From: Phoronis australis
Lineage: Eukaryota; Animalia; Phoronida
Assembly: GCA_002633005.1 (NCBI GenBank)
Contig: NMRA01000187.1
Coordinates: 553,740 to 617,739 of the forward strand
DNA: 64,000 nt
Reading direction: 5' to 3'
The position numbers and the translations under genes were made by a program. The notes beneath the pieces were generated by a model that did no database searches, was not told where the DNA came from, and saw only the letters and a program-made list of their open reading frames with translations. Positions 38,840 to 50,400 of the stretch are shown here, one piece after another. Position 1 is the first letter of the stretch. Each line of letters opens with the position of its first letter.

Positions 38840-41800
38840 ATGTGGCGCGCCAAGAGTATAGCTTTCCTCTCGGTTGTAGTGGCGGCCATGGGCCATTACG
38901 ATGATCACGGTAAGAGTGTAAGAAAACAAGAAATATTTCGCCAGAATTTACAGAAAAATTTACGCTACCTTTTTCAAAATAGAAAATCAACTGAGATGAG
39001 TAAACATGGTTGTAGATTTTTCCTCTATATAAAAGAATGCTTGCGTATTTTAGAAGACGAACTTCTGTTTTGTCGTGACTCAACACACTAGCTAGAACAG
39101 ACTTTCATTTTTGTTTGGAGTACATAGAGATAAAAACGTACTGTAACTTACCATGTGTGCGCGTATTTGGGCCCTACAATACGTACACTACGCCTGTTTT
39201 CAGGTTTAGACGCCGCGCCATGCAGACCCTATGGGTGCCGGAAAATATTCTCAGTGTTTTGCCACCAGAGTTTTTTACACGGCAGTATTAGATGAAACTA
39301 TGTCGTAATTAGAGGAGATTCGACTTGAGGAACTTCGTTTATTTCTATTCCCAGTCGATGATAACGGACCAGAATGGGAGGAACCACCAGTTCCGGCGCA
39401 CGTGACAAGGCGCGCCATTCCAGGTCCAGCCACGGTAGAGGTGTTGGCTGTGATAGACTACCAGTTAGCCAGACAACTGAAGAAAAAAGGCAAAAAGTAT
39501 GCCAAGCAGTACATCGCCAATTATTACAATGCGGTAAGAAGTGTTACTTGCGATGTAAATTACTGGCTACTAAAGTGACACAATCGGCGAAAGAGTAGTT
39601 TTTGAGATCAGTCTCAACTCACTAACTCAGGCGTCGCAGTTCAACGGTTTGCTAAAGGAGCGAACTCGAAACCATACTCAGTTAGTAGCCGATGGTTTAA
39701 GCCACTGGCGTACATTTCAACGGCAAGAACTGTTAATTTGCAATAAAAAATACAAAATGCAATGGATTGTGTTGTTTTACAACTCTGGTGAAAGACAATG
39801 AGATTAAGAAGTTTATTCCATCTAACAATTAATAATCCCCAAATGCGTCTTTCGGTCCTAAAACACATCATATCCTCTTATTAAATACAGCATTTCTCAA
39901 AGGACTCTTAGAAGTTGAATATTCAAATAACTTTTTGTTCGACAATTCAGTTAATTGCTCAGCATAGACAAAGCTAATTGTGGTTTTAACTTTGGATAAC
40001 AACATACACTAAAATGTATTCTGGAATCGGGCCAAGTAAATTACCTTCAACACCGTTTCATTTAATTTAGCCGGATGGACATTTGTTTCTGTACATTTAT
40101 ATTTTTAAGCGTAAAGGTCTGTTAATGCAAGTCGTTTTGCAAAAAAATCCAAATATTTTTCTGCAAAACTTTTACTCCACTGAAACACACAATGTAGGTA
40201 ATACAAACTCTTGCCACAGAATTTCAATATTCCACAAAAGAATCCGCAAAAATCTGCAATCCGAAGTTTTTGCGTTCATAAAATACATTTTTATGATTCC
40301 GAAAAAGATTCGCATGAACAGGCTTAAAACTGTTTCTTACAGGTCAACATGCGTTTTCGTGCGATTAAAGAGTTTGATATCAGCGTGGTGTTAGCCGGCA
40401 TTTATTACTGCACGGTAAGTAGTCTTAATATATAAACGGAAGATATTCTTAAATTCAGGGCTTGGAATGACCAATGACAAAAAAGAGGAAAATTTTCCAA
40501 GTGACTGTATCGTACCACAAATACATAAGCTTGTGTGCTAGAAGTATTTTTTGTGTTGTATATTTTAACTGATACAAACGTTTTTGCATGAATAAAGTCA
40601 AAATAATGACAAAAAAGAGACAAAAAGAGGAAACTGGGAATCAAATGAGAGGGAATCGAAATCAAAAAAGATCGAGGAAATCCTCTTAAAAGAGGAAAAT
40701 TCCAAGCCCTGTAAATTGGTACAGTAACTTATTGCCCATAGTCTGAATCTTTACTTTATATCATGAGTTTTGCCTCAACGGGCACCATTTCACCCCATGC
40801 TCACAAAACGTATTCTACTCAATGGAGAAATATTTTTTAAATACTGCTGTAATCCCGCCTCCCATAAAACTAAATGATTTGATTTAGGTCACTTTCGGCC
40901 TGAATTTGTGAGACCATTCATTCCCCTTGAGCCTGGGATGGATATGGCTGGCGGAGATCTGAGCGATACATAAGATTTAACGCATTAAATGTATTTAAAG
41001 AGATTATTTTCCCTTTTCGTGTATTTCTATTTCTATCACTGTACTATTTTGGTAATAAATACATCAAGCGTGAGCTCTAATTTCTTTGTTGCGCAAAATA
41101 CTGATAGGTTTCAAAGGCATCGAATTATTTCCGTGTTAGGGAAGAACTGAGTTCAGCAGTGCTTGAGATCATCTTCAGCGCATAAAATGACTCGCCGTGA
41201 CCAGTCAACTGATCGAGCCTTATCTCAAGTCACTCATAACAGACGCTTAGTACTTCCCAAGCTCACTAATCATTTGATAAATAAGCAATTTTAATACCAG
41301 ATCCATGTTTTGAAAGTGGCCTAAATTAAAGTTACTTTTTACCGAAGGCGGGTTCATAGCCAAACTAAATATATTTAGAGCGAAAACGACTTCTTCACTA
41401 AGAACAAAGTTGGGGGCTACGTCAAAGCCACCTCCGCCATCGCCGATCTTCGTAAATGGCTGTACAGCAAACGAACTTCCCTGCCAAAACACGACGTGGC
41501 TATGGTACACACAACGTGAGTTGTTTTTTTCCAAAATTTTTAAGTAAAAGATATGCCTGAGGGTTTGAGTAAACTGTTGAGGTGCCCAGGTTTGAATCAT
41601 AGCTAGGGTCCTTGGCGTGGGGGGAGGGGCGATTAGGCCCCTGAGCGCCAACAGAAAAGGAGCAAACAGGAGTTAGAAGTTTTAGTTTTACTGGGGTTGA
41701 AGAAAAATACGAGCGCACTCAGGTTTCGTCACCACTCCCCACATCAAATGAAGCCTACCGTGCCATTCTACATGTATATAGTTGTTCACATCCCTACTAT

Positions 41801-44800
41801 AGTACATTTTCCAGGCCATACACTCTATCCTTGCCTCTATCTATTTTAATCAATCCCTCAATCTATTCGCCACTTAGGCCTACGTATTCCATCAACGTAT
41901 CCTTCCGATCGTCCATAGTGCCATCAACAGAATTTTAAGACCTAGGGGTGTTACAATGGGCATATACATAAAGAGGCACGTTATATTCCTCCAGAAAATA
42001 AATATGTGGCTCCTGCTGTGGACCTGCCACTGTTAAACCTGACATAAAACTTCCACCATTGTTTCCAGGTACGACCTCTGCAGCGGTTCCCCGACGTGCT
42101 ACAGCTCTACCACAGGATACGCCTACATCAGCACAGCATGTGGCCTGCCAGATAAGCGCGGATATATGTGGAATTGTGGGATTGTTGAAGACGTCGGCTC
42201 ATTCAGTACGACAGTGATCGCGGCTCACGAATTAGCTCACACGTGTGTAGATGATTTTAGATACGTTATAAAACCTTTTTTACTCATCACTGCTCGCATT
42301 AATGCACGTTTACTGTACATATATTTATACCTCTAGCACTATGTGTAATATTTAAAATTTAGGGACTGAATGTCTTGTAACTGAGTAAACCTCATAAAAA
42401 ATAAACCAACACATGGGGTCTGAAATATGACGTAAACTTGATATTTTCCGTCTCTCTTTAGTCTGGTATTGTATTTCAGAACTGACAAATATGTTCAAAT
42501 AATTGACCTACATGTACCGCAAGCTCTGCCCCCTTACGTAATGTCGACTAACAAACAATAAGCAACGTGTTGTTTGTCGGGTAAAATGGCGGCTTGGAAA
42601 CGAAGGCGTGTCAACAATGCTGCGTTCTAAATGGTCAGTTAAGCCGTCACTCAAAATCCTGGCGATAGGTCAATTAACATGGCGAATACGAATATGATGC
42701 GATTGTTTGCAGTTTGGGTGTGAAGCACGATGGATCTAGTGATGTGAAAGCATGTCCCGAGAAGGACGGATATATCATGGGCAAGAGGTCAGGTACAAAC
42801 GGATTCTTATTCTCCAAATGTTCCAAAGATCAAATGAAGACATTCCTTGAGTAAGTCAAATTTTGGTGTAACTGTTGCTTTTGCTCTTGATACAGTATTT
42901 CATCACCAGTTTACAAAAATGGCATAGATTTCCAAAAAGTCGTGGCCTCTCAATCCTGGTCTACAGCCAGCATCGAGTAAAACTCGCACAAACCCGCTGA
43001 TCTGAGGCAATACTGAAATACCAGTATAATGATATAAAGGCAAGTGGCCAAAATCAAAACTGTTTTGACTGAAGTCACATGTTTGTTAACGCCTTTTGAA
43101 ACTTTTGAGCTAGTTGTTTCTAACTCGCCAAGTAGGCCTAGTCTTCATAAGATACATACGTTCTCACAGGAAGCTGCAATGTGCCTTGTTAATCGTTATT
43201 TGCGTACAGGAAATCTACTTCGTCGTGCCTATACAAAAAGGACGGCAATGTTATAAAGGCATCTGCCAAGTACCCTGGACAATTCCTAGACGCTGACGAG
43301 CAGTGTAAACTGAATAGAGGACCATCGTCCAAATCTTGCTGGGTAAGTTCGTAATCCTATGATGGCAATATATTACAGATCTCGAAGCCGTAAACTCCCG
43401 GTCCCATTAGCACCTTGGTACAGATAGGTGAACATTAGCCGAGGACGAGCATAGGTTGAAACAATTTTGTCAAGAAGCTCAAATTTTGCAACTAATAACT
43501 AGCTCAGCATTACTCAGGGTTTTAGTCACTAGCATAGCTACAGTATTCAACGGGAGGGCCAAACGCGAAATTGTTGACAACTAGGGGGCGGACCGGATAA
43601 AATGGATGTCAACCTGAGGGCATTTTGCAATTAACAGAACTGAAATGCCTTCCGACCTAGGAGATTTTTTCAGTAAACATGGGCCATGGCCCCTTTTTAC
43701 CTCATCCGTGCATGATTGCGCCAGATACGGCACTGTACCAGATTTACATGTAGGTACGTTAACGAGCTGTACCATGGGGGTTGTTGGACGATCTTCTTTA
43801 TAGAGAACAGAACACACGGTTCTTCGCTGAGCGTTCAACTGAAGCCTACTCAGAACAAAAAGTTTAGTCACCCGATATACCAGTACTTTTCTGAGACATT
43901 GACGACGTTCCTTTAATACAAGAGTGGCTATGCATTCATATGTTTTACTAACTTTTCAACAACACATAAATGACTTGCGCATTAAAAATGGCTTTAAAAT
44001 ACCTCTTGAAACAGAATCAGTGATTTTCGAACTTTAGAGACAACAGTATTTCAGTGTCGGCTTTTGCGGATTCATTTTGTTGCAAGTTTCCGTCGCCTTG
44101 GAAGCTAGGTAGCGAGTTGTATGTGGATCCAGCTTTTGAGACTGTATGTCCATTAATATTTCAGACAGACTCCAGAACCTGTACCAAATTAGGCTGCGTG
44201 GTGCCAAACCCGAATGGCGGCAATGGTTTGTACTGTAAATGGAATGGCGGCGCTGTATACGGTACCACGTGCGGAAACAACAAGGCAAGTTAAGTCTTCA
44301 TCTAGCCAGGCCTTTAATTTTTTGAAGACAACACATTTGAACTTTAAAGCATATAACTCGCGCTCTGGAGTCACCCTAAAACTGACTGGAAAATAAAGTG
44401 ACATTTTCAAATATCGATCCGTTCACGACGATATGATAGATACTGTCTGAGAAGCAGCGTGTTGTTGAGATTTCTAATCTTCACCATTCGTGTACTAGAT
44501 GCCATCATAGACTATAGATATGGGTATCTATGATGCCATTACGCAATTTTTTCGCTCATAGACGAGGTGCGTCCAGCTTATGGTTTATTAAAATAGATCC
44601 ACTTTATATTTTAATATCACTCCAAAGAGGACAATTTGTTGTTTCGTTTCATTTTACACGATAAGCAACTTCTTAATCCCCAACTAACTGTTTGAAGCTT
44701 GAGGCGTTCAACGTCGTGCTGAATACATGTAATACTCGAGACCCTTAATCCCTGTTTGGCGCACTGCGTTGACGTTTTTCATGCATTACGTCCACTCACG

Positions 44801-45157
44801 TAGGAAACAACGTAGTGTGAAGCAGGATTCTCGTTATCCTTCCACGATAAATAGAGTAAAAACTATCTCAGATAATTTCGATGTCTTCAAGCTAACTATA
44901 ATTATACACTTTTAAATTATCTTCTTAACTTGATAGCAGAAGTACGTAACTAAGTACTCGTGGTCAGTCCTGGACTGTTTACTGAGTGAAAATGTGAGAG
45001 GGGCATTTAAGGTTCACAAACTAGAACTGTTTGTTATGTATTTCCATAGTGCCGAGCCGAGATACGTTCTTAAAAGACTAGCCATAATGCACAGTAATTA
45101 TTATTTGAAATTTAATTTCAGATTTGTAATGGTGGCGCCTGTGTAGCTGAACCATAA
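38840..45157 (+). CDS. Secreted M12B (reprolysin) zinc metalloprotease with ADAMTS-type disintegrin-like/Cys-rich C-terminal domain, about 352 aa, 9 coding exons
   Basis: Exons 38840-38909, 39355-39533, 40343-40414, 41379-41515, 42069-42242, 42713-42850, 43210-43342, 44165-44284 (GC donor) and 45122-45157 total 1059 nt in frame. Signal-peptide-like MWRAKSIAFLSVVVAA; VEVLAVID; GYAYISTAC; zinc motif HELAHTLGVKHD; Met-turn GYIM; FSKCS; YPGQFLDADEQC; GTTCGNNK|ICNGGACV. Confidence 0.92.
40456..40711. mobile_element. MITE, 256 bp, CAGGG termini (hAT-like)
   Basis: Perfect 13-bp TIR cagggcttggaat / attccaagccctg, flanked on both sides by taaatt; internal aaaagaggaaa repeats. Confidence 0.85.
44506..44532. 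mobile_element. 27-bp micro-remnant of a TIR transposon with 7-bp target-site duplication
   Basis: atgccat|cataga...tctatg|atgccat. Confidence 0.65.
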
Positions 45158-46619
45158 TACAAAACCCGGAAACAAGATTTTGTTAAGAGAAGTTTGGGCA
45201 GTGGGTGACGCTCGCCAGAAAAGTAGAAGTGTATAGTACCGTATACATATAAATATTTAGTTGCATGAGCCATGTTCTTAATCCTATGCCCATATGCTTC
45301 GCGTGCGCCTATTCTTGGCTTAAGTTATACGCCAGGTCCCATCCCTTCACGAGCTTGAAAGATTAGCCAATGTAAGCGGCCTGATGTCTTTTGGGGCGCA
45401 TCATACATGTGAAGGCCATATACCAAACGATCAATCTTGGGATATTTTTGATATAGTTTCACTTAGCATGCCCACAAGAGATTACATTGACTAGACTGGT
45501 AAACGCATAATATCCTGAGTGTTTATGTGCGCTTTCATTCCATTGTTTGTTCTTCTTAAAATAATTGAAGTAATAGATTCAAATTTCACTGACAAAAATG
45601 TTCTCATTGTTTCACATGTAGCATTTCACATATGGGCGCATACATCTAAACCTAGATTATAAGACTATGGATAATGAATACTGTACAAGCACACAAGACA
45701 ATAAAATATTTATACATAAGGGTGACTCTTTATACAAAAAATTCACAGTGGTCACGGCAAGAAACGTATTGCTCTAAATCTATACCATAACAGTGCCCAA
45801 ACAATCTCTACATCCAATTTTTCACTTATTTAGCACACCATATGGCTGACAAGTGAAATTCTATTTTCAAATTGTCAAAATTTTCCACAAAAATAAAGAT
45901 TAAGAAAATGTTAGTCTATCAGTAGCATGGCTTGTAATGTGTAGATGTCAAAAAAAATTTTTTGGTAAATATTCCACTATTTGTAGTAAAGTACGGTAAG
46001 CAGCATTTGAAATATGACAATTATTTCACAATTATTATTGTTCTGTGAAATAATAGGAGACTTGCCATTGTGCTAATCCTTTAACAAATTGAAAATGGAG
46101 ATAAAAAACTCACAGAATTAGATAACAAAAAGGAGTGAAGTTCTTTGAACGCAATGGCAAAATTTCCCCTATAGATTTTTCGGTTGAGCACAGAGTTCCA
46201 CTCACAAACTTATCCGATGCAGTTTATAGCTGTAACAGAGACTCATATATATTAACTGTAAATCATCAAAGTCCAACAGAACTGAGAAGTGCGAATGCTT
46301 TATTCATCCTCACCTGTGTTGTTAATTTATATTATTTTGTTGAACTTAATTATTTACAAAAATAAAAATAACTACAACATACAAAAATATGTAAGGTGGT
46401 ACAGGAAGACACAGTACACCAAGAAATACTATCAAAACATAATGAAGTTGTAGTACCGTAATTTGGCGAACAAGATGCTAAAAATCAAATTTCACCCCGA
46501 ATTTGTTGCATGATCTTTGACATGGGTACAGAAATCCTTAAAGCAACAAGTCCTTGCATTCTCTAACAATAATCGCTCATCAAGTTTTTCTGACAACCCT
46601 GACTGAATCTGTTCGCGAT

Positions 46620-46795
46620 TATTGTACTGAGAGAATACAGGAACATCTGGCTTCGGGGACATTTTGTATTGAGAGAATACAAGGACATCTGGCTTTGGGA
46701 ACATTTTGTACTGAGAGAATAAAAGGACATCTGGCTTTGGGGACATATTGTACTAAGAGAATACAAGGACATCTGGCTTTGAGGACATTTTGTAC
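46620..46795 (+). repeat. Minisatellite, about 4.2 x 42 bp
   Basis: Unit ttgtactgagagaatacaaggacatctggctttggggacatt repeated head-to-tail with few substitutions and no spacers. Confidence 0.95.
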
Positions 46796-47413
46796 CCTGA
46801 ACAAAGATCATGATTTGTTTTGATGTACAAAATACAAAAAATAAACACAGGTAAAACAGACAGTAAACAATGTCTTGTTTCTGTAAAATAGGAACAGCAA
46901 CTTATTTTTAATGACAAACTCTAAACTTAAATCAAAATGTAGTCACTGACACAGTTAGAAAACATTATCTTACATTCTACACACGATTCCTGTGAGTAAG
47001 TTAACAGTGCACTCCTAGTATGCACAAACTGTGAGGTAGAAGTGCCCCCACATACTACTCGGTGGCAGTAAGGGGTCATGGTCCCTTGGGACATGTCGTC
47101 ATCGGTTTGTTTAAAAAATGGTTAAAGAAGCTTAAAGTAAAATTCATCTGTTTTTCCTCCCATGGCTGATCGTATACTATCTGCACGACTCACTCATGCA
47201 TTTTCAGTCTGACAAAAAATTACTATTTCATTGTAAAAAATATTTTTACAACAAGATTGGTGCTGATAGAAATCCACAACTTTTAAATTGATGCACATGA
47301 AGTGAAATGTTTTACCTACCTACCCATCTCCGAGCACAGGATGTTTTGGGGATATTCTTGCACAAAAATCACTTGAGATCTCCATTATAGCCATAAACCA
47401 CATTTAACCTATG

Positions 47414-50400
47414 TCAGCTCTCAAATGAGTTACAGAATATTGTTGAATGCAGTGCCTCTATGCGATCCAGAACGTCACGACTCCAGTCGCCATCAACATA
47501 TTGTTCCGAGTCCAACCAAGCAAATATCTCCACCAACTGCTGTTTGGCGAGCTGGCGTGAATCAACCGTCGCGACCTCAATTTCATTCACGGTGCTCTCG
47601 ACTACAGGCTCGGCAGCATCAAACTGAATAGACTCTTCAGTGCTTTCTTCTGTGCATATTTCTTCAGTTTCTTCCAACTTTCTTTTTCTTTGTTCAGAAC
47701 TTGGTGTGGGTGGTGACCGGGCTTTTAACCTGCCAACTTTGACTAGTTCATCTAAATAGCTGAAACAAATGAACAACTGTGTTATGCCTTGGTCACAAAT
47801 CAGGGCCCAGCGTCTCATTTTGTACTCAAAAATGAACTCGAAATTATTCTTGACATTTTCTGTTCTAGTTTTGGGCAAACTCAAGAAATGTGTCTATCCT
47901 TCTGTGCTCAAGTACTATGGTTTACGTCGACGGCTATCCAATCCTAGTTTGCACCTGATGACCCCACCATTAATACCACATGTTCGAGTCTGAACTCAAA
48001 ATTTTGAGTTTTTACTTGAATGAGTTGTAGCTTGAATCTAGAGGTCATCAAATGTAAACTTGGACAAGATGCTCAACAGCATAAACCACAACATACTTGA
48101 GCAGAGAAATATCTACGCTTATCTTGAATGTGAAAATGTTGAAAATAATTTCAAGTTCATTTTAAGTACAAAGATAAGACTTCGGGCATAGGTGGTGCTC
48201 GATTGATCCCGCTAGGCTGCACCCCGATTTAAGGCCGTAGCTAAGATCTATGTGAGTGCATTTTTACATAAAATGAAAAATACAGTAATAACAATATTCA
48301 TCAACTTCATCAAAACATCACAACTAATCTTATGAAAACCTACATCAGCCAGTTCATGAATCACATGCCAGCATGAAAATGTGTTGCTGATTAAACGTAT
48401 CCCTATCTTTTTTGACAAAGATGTCAAGAACAAACATAAACATCTGATTTAAAGGCATAGACATGATATGAGCACAGCCAAAGAAATTGCTTTAGCATTA
48501 TATCTAGGTTCTCATTCATTCCCTTGCATACACTCACTACTAAGACCGAGCTCAGAGGAGTAGGTCGAGAAACTTTTGTGCAATGCACAATTGCCTGCCA
48601 GTAAAGCCAAGATTCGAACTTTGGGAGACCAAACGGAGTCCGGAGCTCCAACCACTGAGCCACACTGTCTTCTCTGAATTATGTTCTTGGAATGATCACC
48701 AGCAAAAGTTTAACAGATGATAAAAACGGGTGGTTACTCACTTATAGTACAGACTTTTATTGACAGGGTTCATTGACCCTTTGGGAGGTCGTTTGACTTC
48801 AAGGTTCTTTGACCTGAAAATGTACAACGAATGGCGTTACCAGTCAGAACATGTTATGTGACTGTGCAAGTCAGTTTAAAACTGAGTAATGACTTTTCTA
48901 AAGGGCCCTTTCACACGATGCAGCATTGGCTGCCTGCCTCATGACATTTGCCCATAGCCACACCACCCAGTTTATCCAGCACTTTTACTAGAGCCAGTCA
49001 GTTGAGATATTAGTTTGCCCAAATACGTTGGTGACAGCATAAACAAGTTAGGCGTATTAACTAGTTACACGACCACATACTAGTTAGGGTCAACTCCCGT
49101 ATGGAATTATTTTCACATTTAACATTTTTACAAGTGTCGATAAGAATACTGTTAAAATACCGATACAATGGCATAAGAATAAGAACACCATGGTATTGAT
49201 ATCTGCATATCAAAGCCCTGTGCCTTGAGGTTGGGATTTCAATCCCAACATTGGGCTAGACATCAACACTTATTAAGTGAGAATATCAATGGTCTTCAGA
49301 GCACAGTATAAAATGTGAATGGTACCAAAAATTGTACCCTGCCTAGAAATGGAAAATTAGTGAACTGATCATTAGATAAGTTACTTAGAGGGGTCCCGCA
49401 TATTGCGAATAAGTTTTCTCCGCTGAATAACGGGTATAAAATTGCCTCTCAAAATTTGGAACCTTGTAAGTGACTATTGCGGAAAATTGACCCAGCTCTA
49501 GTATTTGGGCACTTGAACTTTCCGTCACAATAAGGACGGTGAACATGGTTCAATAACAAAAAATGCTACTAATGAAATATCCTCCCCAACTGTTTTGTAG
49601 TTTGCTTGAGGCACAATCAGACTGTGAATTTCGATTATTCAAAAACTAAATGTAAACACAGGCACTAACTTCCTGTAGCGTCTGATAGACTTGATATCCT
49701 CGGGAGTGGGGTAGAATCGCCTGTTCCTGAAGTCAAACTGATCTTTGGACTGTGACCAAGCCCAACACAGCACCAGGATATCCATGGGTTTTCTACCCTA
49801 CAAACAACGGAAAACATTTAGATTTGCCACGAAACAGATGTCTCATCAAAGATGTGTTCACTTCTGAAACATGTAAATGATGGAGCGAGTTTTCCATATG
49901 CTTACTCAGCATTCCATATTCATCGACTCAGCAGCTGAATTTGACCTTTAATTTTCATGTGACCTGATTCATGACTTCAGAACTACTTTCCATTGAACAG
50001 TCTGGTAGACTAGGGAACATATTTTATTAATGCAAAATGTAAAACATTGTGTCATATTTTTTGTCTTCTCAATGCTCAAAATACCGTTAAACCCATACAG
50101 TCAGTAAACAGTTTTCCAAAATATAGTCAAGAACAGACAGATTAGGCAACAATTTTGCAGCACTTCATGCTTTTCTGTCACAAGTCCGAACACCTTAAGC
50201 CAGACCTACCTCAGTCAGGAGTTTTCCAACATAGTCAACCAATTCAGGATCAATACTAGACACCCTCAGCTGTTGAGGGTCAGACAGGTCATGGCCATTG
50301 TGGTCCACAAACTTTCGAACAATGCCAACCCACAAGCCCTTCATGGGCAGGAACTCGAAGCAGAATGAAATGTACGCTGGACAGCAATTGGCTCGTGTCA

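Noticed and set aside
39640-39712. tRNA gene on the minus strand (also considered 48600-48666)
   Set aside because: Only degenerate A/B-box-like motifs and no acceptor or anticodon stem pairing; at most SINE heads
46620-46795. CRISPR-like array or repeat protein
   Set aside because: Head-to-tail units without unique spacers, a eukaryotic context and no cas genes; the ORFs arise from the 42-bp period
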